DNA of 64,000 nucleotides from NCBI GenBank assembly GCA_964394445.1, contig CAYMXO010000006.1:4211-68210 (forward strand), in the 5' to 3' direction. Position 1 is the stretch's first letter. Every line of letters starts with the position of its first letter. Shown here piece by piece: positions 57,283-64,000 of the stretch. Source of the DNA: an uncultured Thiopseudomonas sp. (GTDB lineage: Bacteria; Pseudomonadota; Gammaproteobacteria; Pseudomonadales; Pseudomonadaceae). The notes below the pieces were generated by a model. The model saw only the letters and a program-made list of their open reading frames with translations, had not been told where the DNA came from and ran no database searches. The position numbers and the translations under genes are program-made.

Positions 57283-58587
57283 ATGAAAAAGACCATTTAC
57301 GGACTCATTGCCCTGTCCCTGGCAGCCTGGTTGCTGCCTGCCCTTGCCCTGATCCCCGGCTGGGATGTCTGGATCTGGCGCAAACAACTGATTTACTGGA
57401 GCGGCCTGGCATCATTTCTGTTAATGACTTTGGTCATGCTGCTTGCCGTGCGTCCACGCTGGCTGGAAAAGCCGCTGGGCGGGCTGGACAAAATGTACCA
57501 CCTGCACAAATGGGCCGGTATCAGTGCCGTTAGCCTGGCCGTGGTTCACTATGGCATCAAGCTGGCCAAAGGCCCCATGCTGATGGTGCTTGGGGAAGCA
57601 ACCAAAGAGCACCGCATCCGAACCTTTCTTGAAGTATTTCGAGACAGCGCCAAGGAGCTGGGCGAGTGGTCCCTGTGGATTTTTGCCGCAATGATCATTG
57701 TCTCGCTCTGGCACCGTTTCCCGTATCACGTCTGGCGCTATGTTCATAAAGCACTGGCCGCGCTTTATCTGGTCATCGTCTTCCACAGCATTGTACTGAC
57801 TCCACCCGAGTGGTGGTTGCAGCCATCCGGCCTGCTGATTGCTGCAGCCTGCATCCTCGGCAGCTGGTGTGCGTTTGTTTCGCTCAGTGGCCGCATCGGG
57901 CGTGACAGCACCCACCCGGGCAAGGTCCTGGCGGTACGGGAACTGAACGACAATACCTTTGAAGTTGTCTGTCAATGCCAAAACAGCCACAACTGGAGCC
58001 ACAGGCCCGGACAATTTGCTTTCCTGACCTTTGACCGTCTGGAAGGCCCGCACCCGTTCACCATTGCCAGCGCCGACCAGGGTAATGGCCAGGTTCGTTT
58101 TGCCATCAAGGCCCTGGGCGACTACACCAACCACCTCTGCCACAAGGTCGGGATTGGTCAGCGGGTACAGATTGAAGGCCCCTATGGCTGTTTCGACCTT
58201 CCCGAAAAAAGTCCTGACGGCCAGCAAATCTGGGTCGCTGCCGGTATCGGGGTCACTCCCTTCATAGCCTGGCTGGAATCACTCCAGGACAATCCGGATG
58301 CCGCACCGCAAGCCAAACTCTACTACTGCGCCAATAACAAAGAAGAAGCCGTGTTTGCCGAACGCTTGCAGCAACTCTGTGCCAGTCTGCCCGGCATCGA
58401 GCTGCATATCCACTTGAGCGAGCGGGACGGTCGCCTGACGCCCGAGCAACTGTTCCGTGGTGCGCACAAAGGCACCAGGGTCTGGTTCTGTGGCCCCAAC
58501 GCCTTCTCGGCAAGCCTGAAAAAAGGCATGGAAGCGCTGGGCCTGCAGCCGGAAAATCTGCATCAGGAGCGCTTTCAGATGCGCTAA
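57283..58587 (+). CDS. Ferric-reductase-domain flavocytochrome (NOX-like: 6-TM bis-heme domain + FAD + NAD(P)H domains)
   Basis: His pairs H75-x13-H89 and H155-x12-H168 lie in predicted TM helices. FAD motif HPFTIAS, NAD(P)H motifs AAGIGVTPF and FCGP. ATG 57283 with GGAGG 6 nt upstream. Confidence 0.8.
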   Translation: MKKTIYGLIALSLAAWLLPALALIPGWDVWIWRKQLIYWSGLASFLLMTLVMLLAVRPRWLEKPLGGLDKMYHLHKWAGISAVSLAVVHYGIKLAKGPMLMVLGEATKEHRIRTFLEVFRDSAKELGEWSLWIFAAMIIVSLWHRFPYHVWRYVHKALAALYLVIVFHSIVLTPPEWWLQPSGLLIAAACILGSWCAFVSLSGRIGRDSTHPGKVLAVRELNDNTFEVVCQCQNSHNWSHRPGQFAFLTFDRLEGPHPFTIASADQGNGQVRFAIKALGDYTNHLCHKVGIGQRVQIEGPYGCFDLPEKSPDGQQIWVAAGIGVTPFIAWLESLQDNPDAAPQAKLYYCANNKEEAVFAERLQQLCASLPGIELHIHLSERDGRLTPEQLFRGAHKGTRVWFCGPNAFSASLKKGMEALGLQPENLHQERFQMR

Positions 58588-58601
58588 GTGCTCTCTTCCC
58601 A

Positions 58602-58651
58602 AAGCATCCGGCCTGAGATCTGACAACAACAGGGTCGAAAACCGGATGCTT
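58602..58651 (+). terminator. Long stem-loop after the NOX-like gene (possible terminator)
   Basis: AAGCATCCGG (58602-11) pairs with CCGGATGCTT (58642-51), extended by CCTG/CAGG. Only a weak T-rich tail follows. Confidence 0.35.
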
Positions 58652-58796
58652 CAGCTTCTTTCCCCGGCACAAAACGGCTTTTCACCCCCGCAGTCACAAC
58701 CACCTCTAGCAGATCATCATCGGCTACTCAGGTGGCACTTGCAGTTTTCCGGCAAAAGACTAACCATTACAGCTTCATTTGCCGTGGAATCCCTGC

Positions 58797-59693
58797 ATGT
58801 TCAAGTTTTTGCCCCCATTAATGCGTGGCGTGATTTCCGCCTTGATACTGGGTTTCAGCACGCTTTTCTGGTGCTGGCCGCTGTTCGTCCTGGCCTTGCT
58901 CAAGTTCTTGCTGCCCTTTGCTGCTGCCCAGCGCGCACTGCGTTTTGGCATGCACTGGATCGCCGAGAGCTGGATCAGCATCAACTCCTTCTGGATGGAT
59001 CTGGCACAAGATATCGAGTGGGACCTGCAGGGACTGGAGCCGCTGGATAAAAGCCACTCGTGGCTGGTCACCAGCAACCACCAGAGCTGGGTCGACATAC
59101 TGGTGTTGCAATACCAGTTCAACAACCGCCTGCCACTGTTGAAGTTCTTTCTCAAACAGGAGCTGATCTGGGTACCGGTGCTGGGCCTGTGCTGGTGGGC
59201 GCTGGAGTTTCCGTTCATGAAGCGCTACAGCCGCCAGTACCTGGAAAAACATCCGGAAAAGCGCGGCCAGGACCTGGCCACAACCCGCAAGGCCTGCGAG
59301 CGCTACAAAACCAATCCGGTAGCCGTGTTCAACTTTCTTGAAGGCACCCGCTTTACCCGCGCCAAGCACAACGAGCAGCAGTCACCCTTCCAGCACCTGC
59401 TCAAACCCCGGGCCGGTGGTGTGGCCTACGTACTGGATGCCATGGGTGAGCAACTGGAACAACTGGTCAACGTCAGCCTGCTTTATCCCCAGGGCATACC
59501 TACCCTGTGGGACCTGATGTGCGGCCGGGTAAAAAAGATTGCCATGCACGTTGACACCCTGCCCATTCCCCGCGAGTTCGTCGGCCGTGACTACAGCAGC
59601 GATGAAACTTATCGCGCCGCCTTCCAGGAGTGGGTCAACCAGCTCTGGCTGGACAAAGATCAGCAGCTTCAGCGCATGCGGGCCACTGCCTGA
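58797..59693 (+). CDS. yihG: YihG-family acyltransferase (lysophospholipid acyltransferase, HX4D)
   Basis: Collinear with E. coli YihG: NHQSWVDILVL, FFLKQELIWVPVLGLCWWALEFPFMKRYSRQYLEKHPEKRGQD, NFLEGTRFT. Confidence 0.88.
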   Translation: MFKFLPPLMRGVISALILGFSTLFWCWPLFVLALLKFLLPFAAAQRALRFGMHWIAESWISINSFWMDLAQDIEWDLQGLEPLDKSHSWLVTSNHQSWVDILVLQYQFNNRLPLLKFFLKQELIWVPVLGLCWWALEFPFMKRYSRQYLEKHPEKRGQDLATTRKACERYKTNPVAVFNFLEGTRFTRAKHNEQQSPFQHLLKPRAGGVAYVLDAMGEQLEQLVNVSLLYPQGIPTLWDLMCGRVKKIAMHVDTLPIPREFVGRDYSSDETYRAAFQEWVNQLWLDKDQQLQRMRATA

Positions 59694-59710
59694 CCTCCCT
59701 GCCCAGGTTT

Positions 59711-59938
59711 GCAGGAGCGGCTTCAGCCGCGAACAGAGACGGACCAAGACAGTCACCGCGAACGAGACCCGCAGCAACACCGGAGCCATGGCGTTACACC
59801 GGTCGCGACTCAAGTCGCTCCTACAGGGGCCTTGTGCAGCGCACAAACAGCGTGCCGGGCATTTGATTCTGTACGAGGGGGCTTGTCCCCCGACAGCGGA
59901 TGGCCGTATTACTCAGGGGGCAAGCCCCTTCGTACAGG
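59711..59938. repeat. REP cluster 3 (BIME-like) between yihG and fumA
   Basis: Type A forward GCAGGAGCGGCTTCAGCCGCGAAC (59711-34). Type A inverted GTCGCGACTCAAGTCGCTCCTAC (59802-24). Type B forward CTGTACGAGGGGGCTTGTCCCCCGACAG (59869-96). Type B inverted CTCAGGGGGCAAGCCCCTTCGTACAGG (59912-38). Confidence 0.85.
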
Positions 59939-60153
59939 GCGCCGGCATCGCGCCGGCCCGGCGCGTATTCTTGCGTGGATATGTTTTTATGTGAGCAGAC
60001 TCACCTGCAAATGGATGCGGAAAACAGCTGTCAGCAAAACAGCAAGCAACCTGTAACAACCGCTCAAACTAACCCTTAGCCGCAATGCGCAGCCGGTGTT
60101 TTGCCGCTATAATGCTGCCCACTTTTTATCCTGTCCGAGCTGAGGAGCATTTC

Positions 60154-61677
60154 ATGGCTGTAATCAAGCAAGACGATGTGATCCAGAGCGTTGCCGACGC
60201 CCTGCAATATATTTCTTATTACCACCCGCTGGACTTCATCCAGGCCATGCACAAGGCCTATGAGAAAGAAGAATCACCCGCAGCCAGGGATGCCATGGCG
60301 CAGATCCTGATCAACTCGCGCATGAGTGCCACCGGCCACCGTCCGCTGTGCCAGGACACCGGCATTGTCACCGTGTTTGCCCGTGTCGGCATGAACGTCA
60401 AGTGGGACGGCGACATGAGCCTGGACGACATGATCAACGAAGGTGTGCGCCGCGCCTACCTGCACCCGGACAACAAGCTGCGTGCTTCGGTACTGGCCGA
60501 CCCGGCCGGTGCGCGCAAAAACACCAAAGACAACACCCCGGCCGTGATCCACTACAGCATTGTGCCCGGCGACACGCTGGAAATCGAAGTGGCGGCCAAG
60601 GGCGGCGGCTCCGAGAACAAGACCATGATGGCCATGCTCAACCCGTCCGATTCCATTGTCGACTGGGTACTGAGTGTAGTCCCCCAAATGGGTGCCGGCT
60701 GGTGTCCGCCGGGCATGCTCGGTATCGGTATCGGCGGTACCGCCGAGAAAGCCGCGGTACTGGCCAAGGAATCCCTGATGGATCCGATCGATATTCACGA
60801 GCTGCGTGCCCGTGGTCCACAGAACCGCGTTGAAGAACTGCGTCTGGAGATCTTCGACAAGGTCAACCAGCTGGGTATTGGTGCCCAGGGTCTGGGCGGC
60901 CTGACCACAGTGCTCGACATCAAGATCAAGGACTACCCGACTCACGCAGCTTCCCTGCCGGTCTGCATCATCCCCAACTGCGCCGCTACCCGTCACGCCC
61001 ACTTTGTGCTGGACGGCTCCGGCCCTGCAGAACTGGATCAGCCCAACCTGGACGCCTACCCGGATATCGTCTGGGAAGCCGGTCCTTCGGCGCGCCGTGT
61101 AAACCTCGATACCATCACTCCGGAAGACGTACAGGACTGGAAGCCGGGCGAAACCCTGCTGCTTAACGGCAAAATGCTGACCGGCCGTGATGCTGCACAC
61201 AAGCGCATCACCGACATGCTGAACAACGGCGAAGAGCTGCCGGTAGACCTCAAGGGCCGCTTCATCTACTACGTCGGCCCGGTCGATCCGGTCGGTGACG
61301 AAGTGGTTGGCCCGGCTGGTCCGACCACCGCCACCCGCATGGACAAGTTCACCCGCCAGGTGCTGGAGCAAACCGGTCTGCTCGGCATGATCGGCAAGTC
61401 CGAGCGCGGCCCGGTTGCCATCGAGGCGATCAAGGACAACAAGGCCGTTTACCTGATGGCCGTTGGCGGTGCTGCATACCTGGTTGCCCAGGCGATCAAG
61501 AAATCCCGCACCGTGGCCTTTGCCGACCTGGGCATGGAAGCCATCTACGAGTTCGAAGTGAAGGACATGCCGGTAACAGTGGCCGTTGACACCAAGGGTG
61601 AGTCGGTCCACATCACCGGCCCACAGGTGTGGAAGGCAAAAATTGCCGACATGATTGCCAGCGACAGCGAAGAATAA
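60154..61677 (+). CDS. fumA: Class I (Fe-S) fumarate hydratase
   Basis: 507 aa with Cys ligands in ...RPLCQDTGIV... and ...IIPNCAATRH..., and a beta-domain GRDAAHKR... ATG 60154 with GAGGAG upstream. Confidence 0.93.
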   Translation: MAVIKQDDVIQSVADALQYISYYHPLDFIQAMHKAYEKEESPAARDAMAQILINSRMSATGHRPLCQDTGIVTVFARVGMNVKWDGDMSLDDMINEGVRRAYLHPDNKLRASVLADPAGARKNTKDNTPAVIHYSIVPGDTLEIEVAAKGGGSENKTMMAMLNPSDSIVDWVLSVVPQMGAGWCPPGMLGIGIGGTAEKAAVLAKESLMDPIDIHELRARGPQNRVEELRLEIFDKVNQLGIGAQGLGGLTTVLDIKIKDYPTHAASLPVCIIPNCAATRHAHFVLDGSGPAELDQPNLDAYPDIVWEAGPSARRVNLDTITPEDVQDWKPGETLLLNGKMLTGRDAAHKRITDMLNNGEELPVDLKGRFIYYVGPVDPVGDEVVGPAGPTTATRMDKFTRQVLEQTGLLGMIGKSERGPVAIEAIKDNKAVYLMAVGGAAYLVAQAIKKSRTVAFADLGMEAIYEFEVKDMPVTVAVDTKGESVHITGPQVWKAKIADMIASDSEE

Positions 61678-61689
61678 GCTTTACCTTCT

Positions 61690-61738
61690 GCCACAAACAA
61701 CAAACCCCGGCCAGGCGCCGGGGTTTGTTGTTTGTGGC
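61690..61738 (+). terminator. Perfect 21-bp hairpin immediately after fumA
   Basis: GCCACAAACAACAAACCCCGG (61690-61710), loop CCAGGCG, CCGGGGTTTGTTGTTTGTGGC (61718-61738). It begins 13 nt after the TAA stop. There is no discrete T-run after the stem, but the descending arm is U-rich. Confidence 0.55.
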
Positions 61739-61768
61739 CCGACAGTTCGTTGCCAGGCTCCGATTCGT

Positions 61769-62029
61769 GCAGGAGCGGCTTCAGCCGCGAACAATGGCTG
61801 CTTTGTGCACGGTGAATGTCTGCTGGCACCGGTCGCGACTCAAGTCGCTCCTGCAGGGTATTGCGCAACATCTGTGCCCTGATGCGCTGTAGGAGCGGCT
61901 TCAGCCGCGAACAGTGTCCGTTGTATGCACGGTGAGTCTCTGCTGGCACCGGTCGCGACTGAAGTCGCTCCTACAGGGTGTTTGCCGGTGGTTCAGGCTT
62001 TTCTCAGGGGGCAAGCCCCTTCGCACAGG
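61769..62029. repeat. REP cluster 4: two tandem 120-bp units of inverted type A REP pairs, plus one type B REP
   Basis: Type A forward at 61769-92 and 61889-912. Type A inverted at 61832-54 and 61952-74. Spacers are near-identical (..TGCACGGTGA.T.TCTGCTGGCACCG..). Type B inverted at 62003-29. Confidence 0.85.
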
Positions 62030-62087
62030 CTGTTGATTGCCCGGTGGACAGGGCGCGCCGTCGCCACCACACCATGTTTCACAGGCA

Positions 62088-62133
62088 ATAAAAAACACCT
62101 CAAGGGCCGGATCAGCGTCCAGCTTTTGAGGTG
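62088..62133 (-). terminator. Rho-independent terminator downstream of can
   Basis: CACCTCAA (62096-103) pairs with TTGAGGTG (62126-33). On the minus strand the hairpin is followed by TTTTTTATT. Confidence 0.6.
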
Positions 62134-62170
62134 CAATTTACAATGGCCGGGGTTTGGTGGCTTGCGCTGG

Positions 62171-62809
62171 TTATTCGCGCGGTGCCAGCCGGTATTGTGG
62201 CGGCACCTGATCGATGCTTTTCATGGTGACATCGAGGTTTTTCCACAGGCCATCCTTGATGCCATAGATACAGCCATAGATGGACAGCTTCTGCCCGCGG
62301 TGCCAGGCATTCTGCACAATGGCTGTGTGGCTGACATTGGCCACCTGCTCGATCACGTTCAGTTCGCACAGCCGGTCAACCCGCTCTTCTTCCGTAGCCA
62401 GCTTTGCCAGCTCGTCGTAGTGCTGAAAATACAGGTCACGAATGGTGCGGATCCAGGCATCAGTAATGCCCACCTGCTTGTCACTCATGGCAGCCTTTAC
62501 GCCACCGCAACCATAATGCCCGGTCACCAGAATATGTTTCACCTTGAGCACGTCCACCGCGTACTGGATGGACGACAGACAATTCAGGTCGGTATGCAAC
62601 ACCACGTTACCGACATTGCGGTGCACAAACAGGTCGCCCGGCAACATGCCGACAATCTCGTTGGCCGGCACCCGGGCATCCGAGCAACCAATCCACAGGT
62701 ACTCGGGCTCCTGCTGCTTGGCCAGTTTGGCAAAGAACTCGGGATCTTCTTCCTTGATCGACTTGGCCCAGCGGGCATTGTTTGCAAAAAGCTGTTCTAG
62801 TTCAGGCAT
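62171..62809 (-). CDS. can: Beta-class carbonic anhydrase
   Basis: Collinear with E. coli Can: LWIGCSDARVPANE, FVHRNVGNVV.HTDLNCLS..QYAVDVLKVKHI.V.GHYGCGGV. ATG 62809. Confidence 0.94.
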   Translation of the reverse strand: MPELEQLFANNARWAKSIKEEDPEFFAKLAKQQEPEYLWIGCSDARVPANEIVGMLPGDLFVHRNVGNVVLHTDLNCLSSIQYAVDVLKVKHILVTGHYGCGGVKAAMSDKQVGITDAWIRTIRDLYFQHYDELAKLATEEERVDRLCELNVIEQVANVSHTAIVQNAWHRGQKLSIYGCIYGIKDGLWKNLDVTMKSIDQVPPQYRLAPRE

Positions 62810-62868
62810 GGGGTTCTCGTGTTTTACCGTTTGGGTACCTTGCTGTGACCGTGACCCGTTGTCGCAGG

Positions 62869-63342
62869 TCACAAATTTTCCGGCGGCCAATCGGCAGCCA
62901 GGGTACAGACCATCACCCGTGCATCTTCATGACCGCTGCTTGTGGGGTAGTAATTGCGTCGCCGGTCAATCTCGTTGAAACCAAAACGCTCATACAGCCG
63001 GTATGCGCTGTCATTGGATTCGCGCACTTCAAGAAAACAACTGCTGCAATTACGCTCGCGGGCCTGTTCCAGCAATTGCTCCAGCAGCCGGGCACCCAGC
63101 CCCTGCCCCTGGTGGTCTACAGCAATGACGATGTTGAGCAAATGGGCTTCATCGACAATGTATTGCATAACCGCGTGGCCAAGGTGCCGGCCATCCTGCT
63201 CCAGCACATGGCACTGGTAACTGCTTAGCGCATCCTCATACAGCTTGCGCGACCAGGGGTGACTGAACGCCCGCTGCTCAATGGCCACCACCGTATCCAG
63301 ATCGTCTGCGGTCATGCGGCGAAGATCGGGTACGTCATTCAT
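62869..63342 (-). CDS. rimI: Ribosomal-protein-alanine N-acetyltransferase RimI
   Basis: GNAT fold with acetyl-CoA motif QGQGLGARLL and the ...YERFGF... motif. 8-nt overlap with the upstream psi-like gene, as in holD-rimI operons. Confidence 0.88.
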   Translation of the reverse strand: MNDVPDLRRMTADDLDTVVAIEQRAFSHPWSRKLYEDALSSYQCHVLEQDGRHLGHAVMQYIVDEAHLLNIVIAVDHQGQGLGARLLEQLLEQARERNCSSCFLEVRESNDSAYRLYERFGFNEIDRRRNYYPTSSGHEDARVMVCTLAADWPPENL

Positions 63343-64000
63343 GCCGGCTCCAGTGCGCCATCAGGTTTTGCATGTGCTGCCATAGTTGCGGTTTCAGCAC
63401 ACGCCGGGTCATCAATTGCTCCAGTGACGGCAAATTCCAGAAACGGATGCCGGACTGATAGGCGGTCAGGGAAAACAGGTCGGCTTCCGCCTCTTCTGAC
63501 TGATTGGCAAACGCGACTGCACGCGGCCCAAGCAGCCAGACAAAGCTGGCCGATGCATGACTGGCTTCATATTCCAGCAGATCACGCACGCAGGCGCGGG
63601 CCGCTGCCTCGTCCTGGTTGCCGGCCAGCTGGCCGGTGGTCAGCAATGGCCAGCGGATGGGCTCGCCCTGGCGCAAAAACTGCGGTGCCTGAGGCAAGCC
63701 GGCTGCGCGTACCAGATCGCCCAGCAACTGGAAATCCGGATCACTGCTCTGAAAAGCTTCACCCAGCGGCAGGTCGGCCAGCAGCAGGCAGGAACCGCTA
63801 CGCAACAGTTGCAGGCTGAAGCGGGGAATCTGCGGTGCGGCAGCCGCCTGCTCCTCCCCATTGCCCGATACAGGTGCTGCCTGCGCCGGCACAATTTCTT
63901 TTGTAGCCTGCTGGCCCAGGGTCTGCCGCACCTGCTCCAGCGAAGCGCGGACCTCTGCCTTGTCGGCGGCAACAGCCTCGGTGACCGACGCAGCAGCCGG
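63335..64000 (-). CDS. DNA polymerase III psi subunit-like protein (long form; 5' end beyond the window)
   Basis: The C-terminus ...FWNLPSLEQLMTRRVLKPQLWQHMQNL resembles the E. coli HolD C-terminus (..SPALTDLRANPTARAALWQQI..), and it sits upstream of rimI. The reading frame stays open to nt 64000, so the GTG 63931 start in the track is probably not the true start. Confidence 0.5.
   Translation of the reverse strand, partial: PAAASVTEAVAADKAEVRASLEQVRQTLGQQATKEIVPAQAAPVSGNGEEQAAAAPQIPRFSLQLLRSGSCLLLADLPLGEAFQSSDPDFQLLGDLVRAAGLPQAPQFLRQGEPIRWPLLTTGQLAGNQDEAAARACVRDLLEYEASHASASFVWLLGPRAVAFANQSEEAEADLFSLTAYQSGIRFWNLPSLEQLMTRRVLKPQLWQHMQNLMAHWSRHE

Noticed and set aside
59990-60005. CRP/Vfr-like palindrome TGTGA-gcagac-TCACC upstream of fumA
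   Set aside because: It is a single occurrence with one half-site mismatch. It is centred about 120 bp upstream of the only good -10 (TATAAT at 60108-13), which is not a standard activation position. It sits at the edge of a REP array, so it may be chance.
60274-61611. 445-aa ORF on the minus strand
   Set aside because: Antisense to class I fumarase. No motifs. An artefact of codon bias.
59711-62029. Possible CRISPR array suggested by repeated ~24-nt units
   Set aside because: The repeats alternate in orientation, are themselves palindromic, have irregular spacing and are split by a 1.5-kb gene. No cas genes are present. These are REP/BIME elements.

Overview
GC-rich gammaproteobacterial core chromosome. 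Gene order and the GTAGGAGCG...CGCGAC-type REP elements point to the Pseudomonas lineage. About 70 CDS are tightly packed, many with ATGA/TAATG-type overlaps. Blocks in order: hflK-hflX-hfq-miaA (minus); yajG-like, yajQ; REC-degenerate GGDEF, panE, PduO-type adenosyltransferase, MutT-ThiE-like fusion; argJ, secA, DUF721/DciA-like; hpt-uraA-upp. Then the complete dcw cluster on the minus strand: lpxC, ftsZ, ftsA, ftsQ, ddl, murC, murG, ftsW, murD, mraY, murF, murE, ftsI, ftsL, rsmH, mraZ. Next come RNase P RNA (rnpB), tesB, a HAD hydrolase, an AsnC/Lrp regulator, a small membrane protein, rluE-mioC, and folM-folE-folX plus a HopJ-family ORF (tetrahydromonapterin genes). These are followed by rsmI, lpoA-yraN-diaA-dolP, sspB-sspA, petCBA, rpsI-rplM, a SulP transporter, thiD, a Tat-exported NosL/TRASH-like protein, thiE and hemL. 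The last block is a Kdo-hydroxylase-like gene, a NOX-like ferric-reductase-domain flavocytochrome, yihG-like acyltransferase, class I fumarase, can, rimI and a psi(holD)-like gene. I found no tRNA, rRNA, CRISPR, transposase, integrase, prophage or recognisable defence genes. I see no convincing novel multi-gene system; this is mostly ordinary housekeeping DNA. The best leads are: (1) a HopJ-family ORF translationally coupled to the monapterin operon; (2) a Tat-signal Cys-rich NosL/TRASH-like protein between thiD and thiE; (3) a kdoO-like/NOX-like/yihG trio in a REP-bounded segment; (4) yraN with no canonical start codon, where SD + CTG overlaps the lpoA stop; (5) a ~190-nt gene-free segment upstream of the Lrp-type regulator, bracketed by a perfect TATAAT and a bidirectional terminator; (6) two REP families forming BIME-like arrays, including a 120-bp tandem duplication, on both sides of fumA. 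All protein calls come from my own recognition of the translated ORFs; no database search was run.
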